From Gemmatimonadota bacterium (GTDB lineage Bacteria > JAAXHH01), in assembly GCA_009835325.1 (NCBI GenBank), contig VXWP01000117.1, forward strand, positions 33,111-97,110: a stretch of DNA of 64,000 nt, written 5' to 3'. Positions 17,723-30,436 of the stretch are shown here, one piece after another. The notes below the pieces were generated by a model, which searched no databases, was not told the DNA's origin, and worked only from the letters and a program-made list of their open reading frames with translations. The translations under genes and the position numbers were made by a program. Every line of letters begins with the position of its first letter. Position 1 is the stretch's first letter.

Positions 17723-18055
17723 GTCACTTCCTCCCACGGAAGTTGTCGTATGGTCCGTGCCACACCTCCCCGCAGCACGGACTCCGGATGGTGCTAAAGA
17801 CCGATTGTACCTGTTAACAAGGCATGATCGCGCGGTGACTGTCAAGGCTATTTTTAGTATCCGCGGGCCGGTTGAAACCCCCGGTTTTCGCTGGTGACCC
17901 ACTTGGACAAGCACCGTGTGCGGCACGCTTGCGGCTTCGATGCATTCTTTCCTATATTAAGCATACCAGATCGACGGATACCCGATCGACAACGGTTTCC
18001 GCTTTGCCCGGGTGTCAACACCGGGATATACGACTTAATAATCAGGCCAGCCGCC

Positions 18056-18916
18056 ATGACCGCAACAACTACCCGCCGGACCGGGGAGATGCACGATGCC
18101 AATCGCCGATCCTGGGACTACAACGAGATGCACGATGCCAATCGCCGATCCTGGGACTACAACGCCGGGTCCTGGGCCGAAATGCGGGACCGGGACGGTC
18201 TGTGGCGCCTCTGCCCGGAGGAACCCGAACTGGGATTTTCGGGCGGTGCGTACGAGTTGATCGGATCCCTTGCCGGAAGCATGGAAGGAAAAGAAGTCGC
18301 CGTCATCGGCAGCGGGGACAATTACGCCGTTTTCGCCCTCTCTGGCATGAAGGCAAAGGTCACTTCCATCGACATCTCCGAGCGCCAGTTGGAGATCGCT
18401 TCCGCACGGGCGGATCAGCTGGGTCTGGCGATCGACTTCGTACGGGCGGACGCGACGGATCTCCACGCGATGGCGGACCGTTCGTTCGACCTGGTCTGCT
18501 CGACCAACGGGTTCTTCGTCTGGATCGCGGATCTCCGCGCAGTTTACGAGGAGGTCTTTCGCATACTGAATCCGGGCGGGTACTACGTCTTCTACGATGT
18601 GCATCCGTTCCAGAGACCGTGGGCAGATCGGACCATGCCCATCGAAATCGAAAAGCCCTACTGGCAAACCGGACCGTTTCGGGACGAGAAAGAGGGCACG
18701 TTCGAATTCAACTGGACGATGGCCGACTTGCTGAATCCGGGGGCCGATGCCGGCCTGGTCCTCCGGCGTATCCTGGAACGTCCCGCGGAGGATTCGAATA
18801 CCTGGGAGGGGGCCTCCTATCGTCCGGGCAAAGACAAGCAGCTGGTGGACTGGAAGGTGAATCCCCGTGCGGCCCTGCCGTTCTGGCTTTCGGCGGCCTG
18901 GCAAAGGCCTGGATGA
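18056..18916 (+). CDS. class I SAM-dependent methyltransferase (paralog 1)
   Basis: SAM motif I VIGSGDNYAVFAL and post-I acidic residue. Paralogous to the gene at 20426..21247. Start uncertain (ATG 18056, 18089 or 18128). Confidence 0.8.
   Translation: MTATTTRRTGEMHDANRRSWDYNEMHDANRRSWDYNAGSWAEMRDRDGLWRLCPEEPELGFSGGAYELIGSLAGSMEGKEVAVIGSGDNYAVFALSGMKAKVTSIDISERQLEIASARADQLGLAIDFVRADATDLHAMADRSFDLVCSTNGFFVWIADLRAVYEEVFRILNPGGYYVFYDVHPFQRPWADRTMPIEIEKPYWQTGPFRDEKEGTFEFNWTMADLLNPGADAGLVLRRILERPAEDSNTWEGASYRPGKDKQLVDWKVNPRAALPFWLSAAWQRPG
18086..18163 (+). repeat. perfect 39-bp tandem duplication inside the methyltransferase 5' coding region (in-frame EMHDANRRSWDYN x2)
   Basis: gagatgcacgatgccaatcgccgatcctgggactacaac occurs twice consecutively. 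Confidence 0.9.
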
Positions 18917-18997
18917 CGCCGGAGGCCTGTCCGCAACACTGCCGGAGGCCACTCCGCGCGAAGTGGCGTTCTTTGATCCGCAATTTCCGGTTCGGCC

Positions 18998-19597
18998 ATG
19001 GACGTAAACACCGTCGCAACCTACCGAGGCAAGCCCGTTGGCCGCAGGATTCACGTCACCGGGAACAGTTGTTCCGGGAAATCCACCCTGGCGAACCAGC
19101 TGGCATCCGCGCTCGACGTCCCCCTGGTCGAATTGGACGCGCTTAACTGGCAGACCGGATGGGTCGGCCTGGCGGATACGGATCCCGGGGAACTTGACCG
19201 GCGTCTCGACGGCGCGACGGCCGGGGAAGAATGGGTCGTCTCCGGCTCCTACATGGCTTTCTCCCAGCGGGTATTCTGGCCGCGCGTGGAGACGGTCGTC
19301 TGGTTGGACCTGCCCGTGCACCGGCTGCTCTGGCGCGTGCTGGTCCGGTCGTGGAAGCGCTGGCGTTCGAAAGAGTTGCTCTGGGGCACCAATTACGAGC
19401 GATTCTGGCCCCAACTCAAAGTGTGGAACCGGGAGGACTCGCTGATCTGGTGGATCGTTACCCAGCAGGGCCGGAAACGCCGGCGCATGCAGGCCTGCAT
19501 CCAGGATCCCGCATGGCGGCACATCGCCTTTATACGACTCGGATCCAATGCGGAAATCGAAGCGTTCCTGCGTGTCGTGAATGGTATGCAACCGTAG
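18998..19597 (+). CDS. P-loop NTPase, adenylate-kinase-like / topology-modulation (FlaR-like) family
   Basis: Walker A GNSCSGKST near the N-terminus. Trp-rich C-terminal segment as in small AAA/kinase-like proteins. Confidence 0.65.
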   Translation: MDVNTVATYRGKPVGRRIHVTGNSCSGKSTLANQLASALDVPLVELDALNWQTGWVGLADTDPGELDRRLDGATAGEEWVVSGSYMAFSQRVFWPRVETVVWLDLPVHRLLWRVLVRSWKRWRSKELLWGTNYERFWPQLKVWNREDSLIWWIVTQQGRKRRRMQACIQDPAWRHIAFIRLGSNAEIEAFLRVVNGMQP

Positions 19598-19621
19598 CTT
19601 AATCGACTCGTCGATTTTAGG
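19598..19621 (+). terminator. hairpin AATCGAC-tc-GTCGATT followed by TTTT immediately after the stop codon
   Basis: Perfect 7-bp inverted repeat plus T-run, inside an AT-rich spacer. Confidence 0.35.
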
Positions 19622-19705
19622 CTGATTCAAAATCGAAACTTGATTTAGCCTGAGTTGATTAAGCCTGAAACGTGCAGTTGATCGTCCTCGGAGAGGAGTG
19701 TTAAA

Positions 19706-20371
19706 TTGCGTCGTGGCGGTCAACCGGGGTCGAAACCCCTTGTCTATCGCTTCGTGTGCCACGCGGGCGGTCCGGTCGGCCGGGTCCACCTGGCCCGCCT
19801 GGTTCGCCTCGTCGGCGCCGTATGCGTGCTCTGCGCGGTCTACGCGGCGTTTATTCCCATGGCCGTCCTTTCCGTACCCGCCATTGCCGCACAGGAAGAA
19901 ACAGAGGATAACACCGTGTTCTGGTCGACCACACTGAAGATGATCCGTGCGAAGTTCCCAGGGGTCGCGCAGCTTTCCACCGACAGCCTGCAGACCTGGC
20001 TGGATGAATCCGGGCAGGCGCAGATGGGGCGTCCGCTGCTTCTGGACGTGCGGGAGAAGGAGGAATACGAGGTCAGCCACTTGAAAGAAGCCGTACTTGC
20101 CGCTTCTGAGAAGGAGGCGCTTGAGGTGCTTGAAGGCGTTCCTTCGGATCAGCCCGTCGTGCTCTACTGTTCCGTGGGCTACCGGTCGTCGGAGATGGCC
20201 GGCTTCCTGCAGAAGAGGGGATTCGATAGGGTCTACAACCTGGAAGGATCGATATTCGCTTGGGCCAATGAGGGGAAGCCCGTGTACCGCGGTGATGAGC
20301 GCGTGCGGGTTGTCCATCCCTATGACCGGGTGTGGGGCAAGCTGCTGAAGAAGGTGCTCAGGTCCTGGTGA
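19706..20371 (+). CDS. rhodanese-domain sulfurtransferase with N-terminal signal/anchor
   Basis: Active-site Cys loop LYCSVGYRS. Hydrophobic N-terminal segment. Probable TTG start at 19706 preceded by GAGAGGAG. Confidence 0.7.
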   Translation: MRRGGQPGSKPLVYRFVCHAGGPVGRVHLARLVRLVGAVCVLCAVYAAFIPMAVLSVPAIAAQEETEDNTVFWSTTLKMIRAKFPGVAQLSTDSLQTWLDESGQAQMGRPLLLDVREKEEYEVSHLKEAVLAASEKEALEVLEGVPSDQPVVLYCSVGYRSSEMAGFLQKRGFDRVYNLEGSIFAWANEGKPVYRGDERVRVVHPYDRVWGKLLKKVLRSW

Positions 20372-20425
20372 GCCGTCCGGCCGTTGCTGCCACCCAATCC
20401 TCTCGGTCTCATAGCCCGCTCTATC

Positions 20426-21247
20426 TCAAGGTGAACACGGTTTCTTCCGCCCCACCAGGAGCAGGTTCGCCGGCAGTTTCTCCAACGGCGCATCGCGCTC
20501 CCAGTCCTGACGCCCGTCTCCGTATTCCTTCATGGCCGTGAGTTCGCATCCGCCATCCAGCATGGCGCGGACCATGTCCGATACCGTCCAGTGGAATTCG
20601 TAACTCGGGAGCGATCCCTGATAACCTGAAAGATCCTCGGACCGGTCGTAGGTAAGGGGACCGTGGTCGAAGTAGTGGTATTCCTGCGTCATCGGACCAG
20701 CCGAATGTTTCCAGATCCGGCGGAAGGGATGGTACTCGTTGACCATGAAGAGGCCGCCGGGTTTGAGTATCCGAATGGCTTCTCCATAGTAACGATTCAG
20801 GTCGGACACCCACACGGCGACGTGGCCGCCCGTATACACGATGTCGAACCCACCGCCAGACGGTTCGGCCGGATCGCCCGGTTCGTCCGGGACGCGTGGA
20901 CCGCTCGGGTCGCCAAGGCCTCCCAGCTCGGTCACGTCCGCCCGGTGAAAGACGATCGTTAGACCGAGTTCTTCCGCTCTACCGGCGGCGATATCCAACT
21001 GGGCCTGCGAGATATCCACGGAGGTGACCCGGGCTCCGGCGGCGGCCAGGGCGAAGGCGACCAGGTTGTCTCCACTGCCCAGCACGCAAGCTGACCGGCC
21101 GGACACGTCGCCGAGGTATTTCAACTCGACGTCGTCCAGGGCGATGCGGATATTGCCCGGGATGTTCCGCCAGTCCACCCTGGCGTCTATTCCCGCCTGC
21201 CACTGGGCGGAAACGGCGTCCCAGCCCCGGCGATTCGCCTCGTGCAT
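20426..21247 (-). CDS. class I SAM-dependent methyltransferase (paralog 2)
   Basis: Start set at internal ATG 21247 (MHEANRRGWD...), collinear with paralog 1. The 573-aa track ORF is read-through overlapping the next gene in another frame. Confidence 0.8.
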   Translation of the reverse strand: MHEANRRGWDAVSAQWQAGIDARVDWRNIPGNIRIALDDVELKYLGDVSGRSACVLGSGDNLVAFALAAAGARVTSVDISQAQLDIAAGRAEELGLTIVFHRADVTELGGLGDPSGPRVPDEPGDPAEPSGGGFDIVYTGGHVAVWVSDLNRYYGEAIRILKPGGLFMVNEYHPFRRIWKHSAGPMTQEYHYFDHGPLTYDRSEDLSGYQGSLPSYEFHWTVSDMVRAMLDGGCELTAMKEYGDGRQDWERDAPLEKLPANLLLVGRKKPCSP

Positions 21248-21291
21248 GGGATTCCGGCTCAAATCCTCTGGTCCTCTTTTCTCTGGTCCTT

Positions 21292-22074
21292 TCAGATCCT
21301 TCGGGCGACCCAGACCTGTTCGTTGCCATGCTTGAATGGACCACGCTGGAAGTCCCCGTAAATCGCCTCGATTTCGTAGCCGCACAGTTCGAGAAGATAC
21401 TGCATTTCGAATCGATAGACGTAGCGTAGATACAATGGGGTGGTGGTCTTCGCAATCACCCGGCCCTCGTCGTCCACTTCTTCGAAGAACCGGTGTTCCT
21501 CCAGCGTCTGATCCAGGGGATCGTACCGTCGCGTATCCGATACCAGGACGCGGCGTCCCGTCTCGGGATGGGTGAACGAACCCAGGTGATTGAGGGTGCC
21601 CCTGGGCGGTTTCATGTAGGCCGCGATCAACTCGATGCTGGGGTCGAACACGTTGAAAACCAGCCGTCCCCGGTCCGTCAGATGCTCGCGGATCCGAGTC
21701 AGGGCCCGGCGCTGGTCCTCGCCGCTCATCATGTGAAGGAACGCGCGGTACGGCATGATGGCCAGCGGAAAGCGCCGCTCCAGGCTGAACGTCCTCATAT
21801 CGCCTTCGACGATTTCCATGCGTCGTTTCGTTTCGTCCGGCAGCGCGTCCATCTTGCGGCGCGCCACCTCCAGCATCGCGGGAGCCCGGTCCAGGCCCAC
21901 GATGGACACGCCCGACTCGGCGATCGGGATCATGATCCGGCCCGTTCCGCAACCGATCTCCAGCACGGGGCCTTCCGCCCCGGCGGCTTCCTCGACGTAG
22001 AATGCCTCGTCGCCTTCGAGTCCCGTCGAAAAGCTGTCGTATAATCCGGCGTCTTTCCTGTCGTATTCCGACAT
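21292..22074 (-). CDS. class I SAM-dependent methyltransferase (distinct family)
   Basis: Motif I LEIGCGTGR with acidic post-I residues. 260 aa. Confidence 0.8.
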   Translation of the reverse strand: MSEYDRKDAGLYDSFSTGLEGDEAFYVEEAAGAEGPVLEIGCGTGRIMIPIAESGVSIVGLDRAPAMLEVARRKMDALPDETKRRMEIVEGDMRTFSLERRFPLAIMPYRAFLHMMSGEDQRRALTRIREHLTDRGRLVFNVFDPSIELIAAYMKPPRGTLNHLGSFTHPETGRRVLVSDTRRYDPLDQTLEEHRFFEEVDDEGRVIAKTTTPLYLRYVYRFEMQYLLELCGYEIEAIYGDFQRGPFKHGNEQVWVARRI

Positions 22075-22339
22075 ACCATACGCTCCTCATCCAAAAACAG
22101 CCTGATACCGGACCGTAATCCACGGACCGACTCCGATTCCTTTCCATACATGCAACCTGATCCTCGACTATTATACATATGTAAGGATGCAGATGCAGGA
22201 TGTTTCAATATTTCCGTGCTTTCCGATTTAATCTCCACTTGGTACATTCCAACACGGCAACCAGCCTGGAAATGAAAAGCAATGCACTGACGTCGCCAAA
22301 CGTCGCACGGTATCGATCCACGCAAATATTGAGGGAACC

Positions 22340-23302
22340 ATGCCAGACCGATTACGTATCGTCATACCCGGGGACGACCCACCCCAGATGCAGGGATCGC
22401 CCCACCTGGAACGACTGGAAGCCTATGGAGAGGTCGTCCTGCACACCGATCGGCCGGAAACGGCGGAAGAGAAGATCGAACGGGCCAGCGGCGCCGCGGT
22501 AATGATCAACTCCCGGGGGCTTGTGACGTGGCCCGGGGACGTCCTCCGCGCGCTGCCCGATCTCCGCATGATCGCGACCTGTTCGATCGGCGTCGACTGT
22601 TTCGATCTGGAAGCGGCGCGGGAATGCGGCATCGTCATCTCCAACCAGCCCGGTCGTACGGCGCCGGTCGTCGCGGAGCACGCCTTCGGCCTGATGTTCG
22701 CCCTCGCGAAAAGGGCGGCGTTCTTCACAGGCGCCATGAAAGCCGGCCAGTGGCCTCGGCTGGACGCGTACTATCTCAAGGGGAAGACCCTCGGCGTGAT
22801 CGGAACTGGTCCCATCGGATCGGAGATGGCGAGACTGGCGGGAAGCGTGGGCATGGAGGTGATCGCCTGGACGTACAACCCGTCGGATGAAAGGGCCCGG
22901 AAGATCGGGGTGACCTACGTGGAGCTCGACGAATTGCTGGAGAAATCGGACGTGGTGTCGCTGCACGTCATGCTGACGGAGTACAGCCGGTACATGATCA
23001 ATCGGGATTCGCTGGCAAGCATGAAACCGGGCGCGTTGCTGATCAACTGCGGCCGGGGGGGCCTGGTGGATACGGACGCGCTGGTGGCAGCGCTTCGATC
23101 GGGTCACCTGGGCGGCGCGGCTCTGGACGTCTTCGAGGAGGAGCCGTTACCCGCGGGCCATCCGCTGCTCGAGATGGAACAGGTCGTCCTTACCCCTCAC
23201 TGCGCGGACATGACCCCGGAGGGCGTCGAACTGCTCAACGAGGGGGCGGTGAACAACGTCATCGCCTTTTTGGAGGGCCGGCCGCAAAACGTCGTGAAAT
23301 GA
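22340..23302 (+). CDS. D-isomer-specific 2-hydroxyacid dehydrogenase (glycerate/hydroxypyruvate reductase-like)
   Basis: NAD-binding GVIGTGPIGSEMARLA. Catalytic Arg/Glu/His region (HCADMTPEG). Confidence 0.85.
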   Translation: MPDRLRIVIPGDDPPQMQGSPHLERLEAYGEVVLHTDRPETAEEKIERASGAAVMINSRGLVTWPGDVLRALPDLRMIATCSIGVDCFDLEAARECGIVISNQPGRTAPVVAEHAFGLMFALAKRAAFFTGAMKAGQWPRLDAYYLKGKTLGVIGTGPIGSEMARLAGSVGMEVIAWTYNPSDERARKIGVTYVELDELLEKSDVVSLHVMLTEYSRYMINRDSLASMKPGALLINCGRGGLVDTDALVAALRSGHLGGAALDVFEEEPLPAGHPLLEMEQVVLTPHCADMTPEGVELLNEGAVNNVIAFLEGRPQNVVK

Positions 23303-23389
23303 TAGCGCAAACCGCGTGGTGAAACAGACCGCGTGGCGGGTCTTAACGAGGGTGGCGAGCTGATCGAGGGTGGCGAGCTTCGTCGAGAC

Positions 23390-23791
23390 TCACTCCGGTG
23401 CGCGGTGCCGCGCCTCCCTGCCCTTGTCCGGCGTCGGATCCTCGACCAGGCCGTACATCTGCCGGCCTTCGTGGTCTTCGGGAAGGTATTCGGTAATCGG
23501 AAGGCCCTCGGGGGTCACGAACAGCAGGCAGTGGCAGTACTTCCAGATCTTCATCTCATCGCAGGCGCAGACCCACTCGCGGCTTCGTTCCAGTTCGGCC
23601 TTCTTGTCGGGATAGAAATTGCACGGGCACAGGGGCCGGCCCAGTTCGTCCACGTGGGCGGCGAGACCCTTGACCACGGAATCGGTCACTTCCGCGTTCG
23701 GATGAGGCGAGGTACCCGTCTTTTCCCAGTACTTGTCACAGTACTTTTGCATGCGCTGCATGCTCTTCTCCGACGGTTGCTGCTCGTTCAT
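23390..23791 (-). CDS. ferredoxin:thioredoxin reductase catalytic-subunit-like protein (stand-alone)
   Basis: CPC-x17-CAC-x8-CHC cysteine pattern characteristic of FTR catalytic chains. AAGGAG SD. Confidence 0.65.
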   Translation of the reverse strand: MNEQQPSEKSMQRMQKYCDKYWEKTGTSPHPNAEVTDSVVKGLAAHVDELGRPLCPCNFYPDKKAELERSREWVCACDEMKIWKYCHCLLFVTPEGLPITEYLPEDHEGRQMYGLVEDPTPDKGREARHRAPE

Positions 23792-24172
23792 GGGCTACTC
23801 CTTAACTGGGTACCACTGCCGGACAGACCTGTCTGGTTTACTATCACGGTTTCCTGATATCAATTTACCCGGTATCGTCCTCCGTGTCAACCGGCCAGTG
23901 CCTGGGTCCGGGGATGGCAGACGGGCCTGTGGCCGGGGAAGGCAGCCGGACGAGAATCGCGCCCCGCAAGGCGAAAACATCGACCGATTGCGCGTAGCCA
24001 TCAGGGCGACGACATGCCCGGATTTCGGGTCCTCGGTCCGGCGGTCAAAAAAACGATTCGCACTGCCGATTTATATTGACTTTGATTGCTGCGCGGTATA
24101 TCGTTCAAGACTGTTGTCGAGAGTCCGGTCATTTGGTGAAGAACGCATCAGAGAAAGACAGAACGAGTCCAT

Positions 24173-24841
24173 ATGCCACAGATTTTCTCCCCCGCCGCGA
24201 ACACGTGGCTCAAGGCGAGCATCGTCGGCGGGGCGCTTCTCCTGGCAACCACATTCGGCGTCATTTTCTACCTCGGTTCGACTTCCTATGTTACCCGGCA
24301 GCATCAGGTAAGACCCCAGCCCGTTCCTTTCAGCCACAGGCACCACGTCAATCAACTCGGCATCGACTGCCGGTACTGCCACGCATCGGTGGAAACGAGC
24401 GCCTTCGCGGGCCTGCCGGCGACCAAGACGTGCATGAGCTGCCACTCCCAGGTGTGGACCGACGCGCCTATGCTCGAACCGGTGCGGACCAGTTACGCGA
24501 CCGGGGAGTCGCTCGAATGGACCCGGGTGCACGATCTGCCGGACTACGTGTATTTCGATCATAGTATTCATATCAACAAAGGCATCGGCTGCGAGTCCTG
24601 CCACGGCGCCGTCAACGAGATGGCCCTGATGTGGCAGGAGGAATCGTTGCAGATGATGTGGTGCCTCGAGTGCCACCGCGGCCCCGAGGACTTCATCCGG
24701 GAACGGGCGGACGTGTACAAGTTCGAATCGCAGCCAGACTACTCGGCGCCCATGGACCAGAGCGCCCTCGGCGCGCAACTGATCCGGGGCTACCGGGTCA
24801 ACAAGGATCAGCTGGAAGACTGTTCCATCTGTCACCGGTAG
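24173..24841 (+). CDS. actA: Alternative Complex III subunit ActA (pentaheme cytochrome c)
   Basis: N-terminal TM anchor plus five CxxCH motifs (CRYCH, CMSCH, CESCH, CLECH, CSICH). First gene of the act cluster. Confidence 0.8.
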   Translation: MPQIFSPAANTWLKASIVGGALLLATTFGVIFYLGSTSYVTRQHQVRPQPVPFSHRHHVNQLGIDCRYCHASVETSAFAGLPATKTCMSCHSQVWTDAPMLEPVRTSYATGESLEWTRVHDLPDYVYFDHSIHINKGIGCESCHGAVNEMALMWQEESLQMMWCLECHRGPEDFIRERADVYKFESQPDYSAPMDQSALGAQLIRGYRVNKDQLEDCSICHR

Positions 24842-24865
24842 CAGGAACAGCCACGACATCAGATC

Positions 24866-27886
<3,021 letters not shown>

Positions 27887-27899
27887 GAGGAGTAGTTCC

Positions 27900-29294
27900 T
27901 TGTCGCAACAGGAACAGGCAGTCGACATAGAAAAGGTCGACAAGTACACGGGCGATGGTTTCGTAGCGCCCGAGTACGACAATACCACCGTCACGCAGAA
28001 GATATCCAACATCGTCCTGCGGGCGGATACGCCGTGGGGCTGGTACCTGGCCGTGGCGGTCCTGCTGCCCATCGTCGGCCTGCTGGGCGTCTCCATCACC
28101 TGGCTGGTGCTGATCGGTACGGGCGTCTGGGGCCTGAACGTGCCGGTCGGCTGGGGATTCGCCATCATCAACTTCGTCTGGTGGATCGGGATCGGACACG
28201 CCGGGACGCTCATCTCCGCCATCCTGCACCTCATGCGGCAGGACTGGCGCAACTCGATCAACCGGTTCGCCGAAGCCATGACGATCTTCGCCGTGATGTG
28301 CGCCGGCATGTTTCCGCTGCTCCACGTGGGCCGTCCCTGGCTGGCCTACTGGCTGCTTCCGCTGCCCAACACCATGTCGCTGTGGCCGCAGTGGCGCTCG
28401 CCGCTGGTCTGGGACGTCTTCGCCGTATCCACCTACTTCACCGTTTCCCTGATCTTCTGGTACATGGGCATGATCCCGGATCTCGGCACCCTGCGGGACC
28501 GGGCGAAGCATCCCGTCGTCGCGCGGATCTACGGCATATTCGCCATGGGCTGGCGCGGCGCGTCCTCCCACTGGGCCCGTTACGAGAAGGCCTACCTGAT
28601 CCTGGCCGGCCTGTCCACGCCCCTGGTCCTGTCCGTGCACTCCATCGTTTCGCTCGACTTCGCCGTCTCGCTGATCCCGGGCTGGCATACCACCGTGTTC
28701 CCGCCCTACTTCGTGGCCGGCGCCATCTACGCCGGATTCGCCATGGTGCTGACGCTGACCATCCCCGTGCGGCACTGGTTCGGCCTGCAGGGACTGATCA
28801 CGACGCGCCACCTGGAGAACATGGGCAAGGTGACCCTGGCGACGGGCTTCATCGTCGTATACGGATACGCCATGGAGGCCTTCATATCGTGGTACAGCGC
28901 GAGCCCGTACGAAGGGTTCATGATGTGGAACCGCATGACCGGCCAGTACGCGCCGGTTTACTGGGCGCTGATCTTCTGCAACGCCGTCAGCATCCAGATC
29001 CTCTGGTGGAAGCGCGCCCGCCGCAGCCCCCTCGTGCTGTTCATCGTCTCCCTGATCGTCGGCGTCGGCATGTGGCTGGAACGGTTCGTCATCGTCGTGA
29101 CCAGCCTGGCCAACGACTACATGCCTTCGTCGTGGGACTACTACGCGGGCACGATCTGGGACTGGAGCCTGTACATCGGCACCATCGGTTCCTTCCTGTT
29201 CATGATGTGCCTGTTCATCCGGTTCCTGCCCATGATCCCCATGTCCGAAATGAAGATGATCATACCGAAGCACCGGAATAAGAAGGACGCCTGA
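27900..29294 (+). CDS. actC: Alternative Complex III subunit ActC (NrfD/PsrC-like polytopic membrane subunit)
   Basis: Multi-TM NrfD-like protein immediately after actB. Confidence 0.85.
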   Translation: MSQQEQAVDIEKVDKYTGDGFVAPEYDNTTVTQKISNIVLRADTPWGWYLAVAVLLPIVGLLGVSITWLVLIGTGVWGLNVPVGWGFAIINFVWWIGIGHAGTLISAILHLMRQDWRNSINRFAEAMTIFAVMCAGMFPLLHVGRPWLAYWLLPLPNTMSLWPQWRSPLVWDVFAVSTYFTVSLIFWYMGMIPDLGTLRDRAKHPVVARIYGIFAMGWRGASSHWARYEKAYLILAGLSTPLVLSVHSIVSLDFAVSLIPGWHTTVFPPYFVAGAIYAGFAMVLTLTIPVRHWFGLQGLITTRHLENMGKVTLATGFIVVYGYAMEAFISWYSASPYEGFMMWNRMTGQYAPVYWALIFCNAVSIQILWWKRARRSPLVLFIVSLIVGVGMWLERFVIVVTSLANDYMPSSWDYYAGTIWDWSLYIGTIGSFLFMMCLFIRFLPMIPMSEMKMIIPKHRNKKDA

Positions 29295-29295
29295 G

Positions 29296-29844
29296 ATGAA
29301 TCACGGACCCGCCCGGCCCGAACTGCGCGGCCTCGTTGCCGAGTTTGAAAACGAGGAAGCCATCGTGGAAGCCACGCAGAAGACCGTGGACGCCGGGTAC
29401 CATCATATCGAGACCTACACGCCCTACCCCCTCGACGAGTTGCTGGACATCCAGCACCTCCACAAGAATAAAGTGGCGCTGGTGATCCTGATCGGCGGGC
29501 TGACCGGATGCGCCGTGGGTTTCTTCATGCAGTGGTTCGCCTCCGTGGTTCACTACCCGATCAACGTGGGCGGCCGGCCCCTGAACAGCTGGCCGGCCTT
29601 CATCCCGGTCATGTTCGAGTGCACGGTCCTGTTCGCTTCCTTTGCCGCGCTGATCGGCATGATGGTCATGAACAAGCTGCCCCGGCCGAACCATCCGCTT
29701 TTCGATATCGAGCGGTTCCGGTACGCCACGCAGGACCGGTTCTTCCTGTGCATCGAGGCGGAAGACCCGTACTTCGAAAAGGACGCGACCCGGCAGTTTC
29801 TGGAAGAGTTGAACCCGCACGAGGTGAACGAAGTTGAAGCGTAG
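29296..29844 (+). CDS. actD: Alternative Complex III subunit ActD (DUF3341-like)
   Basis: Position and size in the cluster. Two TM segments. Confidence 0.7.
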   Translation: MNHGPARPELRGLVAEFENEEAIVEATQKTVDAGYHHIETYTPYPLDELLDIQHLHKNKVALVILIGGLTGCAVGFFMQWFASVVHYPINVGGRPLNSWPAFIPVMFECTVLFASFAALIGMMVMNKLPRPNHPLFDIERFRYATQDRFFLCIEAEDPYFEKDATRQFLEELNPHEVNEVEA

Positions 29845-30436
29845 CCCCATGGCCCTCCTATACGCCGGTTTCCTGTGCGTCCTGTGCCTGGCCGCCGCGT
29901 CGGCCTGCCGGCAGGACATGCACGACCAGCCGCGCGCCGAGCCCTTCGAGGAGAGCGACTTCTTCGGTGACCGCCGGTCGGTGCGTCCCGCGGTGGAAGG
30001 GACCATTGCCCGGGGCCACCTGAGGCTGGACGAGCATTTCTATACGGGGAAGATCGACGGTGCGCTGGCGACGACGTTCCCCAGCACGGTTACCATTGAA
30101 ATGCTGAAGCGGGGGCAGGAACGGTACGACATCTACTGCGCACCGTGCCACAGCAAGACGGGCGACGGACTCGGCATGATCGTGCAGCGCGGCATGAAGC
30201 AGCCGGAGTCCTTTCACAGCCAGCGGCTCCTCGATGTGGAAGTGGGGCATTACTTCGACGTGGTGACCAACGGCTTCGGCAACATGTACAGTTACGAGGA
30301 ACGCATCGATCCGGCCGACCGATGGGCCATCGCTGCCTATATCCGGGCGCTGCAGATGAGCCAGGGCGCCAACCTGGCCGAACTGCCGGAATCCGATCAG
30401 CAAAGAATTCAACAAATCGTGGAAGTGGAAGAATGA
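29834..30436 (+). CDS. actE: Alternative Complex III subunit ActE (monoheme cytochrome c, lipoprotein-like signal)
   Basis: Single CAPCHS heme motif. Signal peptide with a Cys near the cleavage region. The stop overlaps the actF start (ATGA). Confidence 0.75.
   Translation: MKRSPMALLYAGFLCVLCLAAASACRQDMHDQPRAEPFEESDFFGDRRSVRPAVEGTIARGHLRLDEHFYTGKIDGALATTFPSTVTIEMLKRGQERYDIYCAPCHSKTGDGLGMIVQRGMKQPESFHSQRLLDVEVGHYFDVVTNGFGNMYSYEERIDPADRWAIAAYIRALQMSQGANLAELPESDQQRIQQIVEVEE

Noticed and set aside
20426-22147. 573-aa ORF looking like a fused double methyltransferase
   Set aside because: The upstream 300 codons overlap the real methyltransferase 21292-22074 in a different frame and are low-complexity. 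The paralog alignment supports a start at 21247.
23792-24172. Sigma-70-like TTGACT-N15-TATATC upstream of actA
   Set aside because: Spacing is suboptimal and consensus use in this high-GC organism is unknown. Too weak to report as a promoter.
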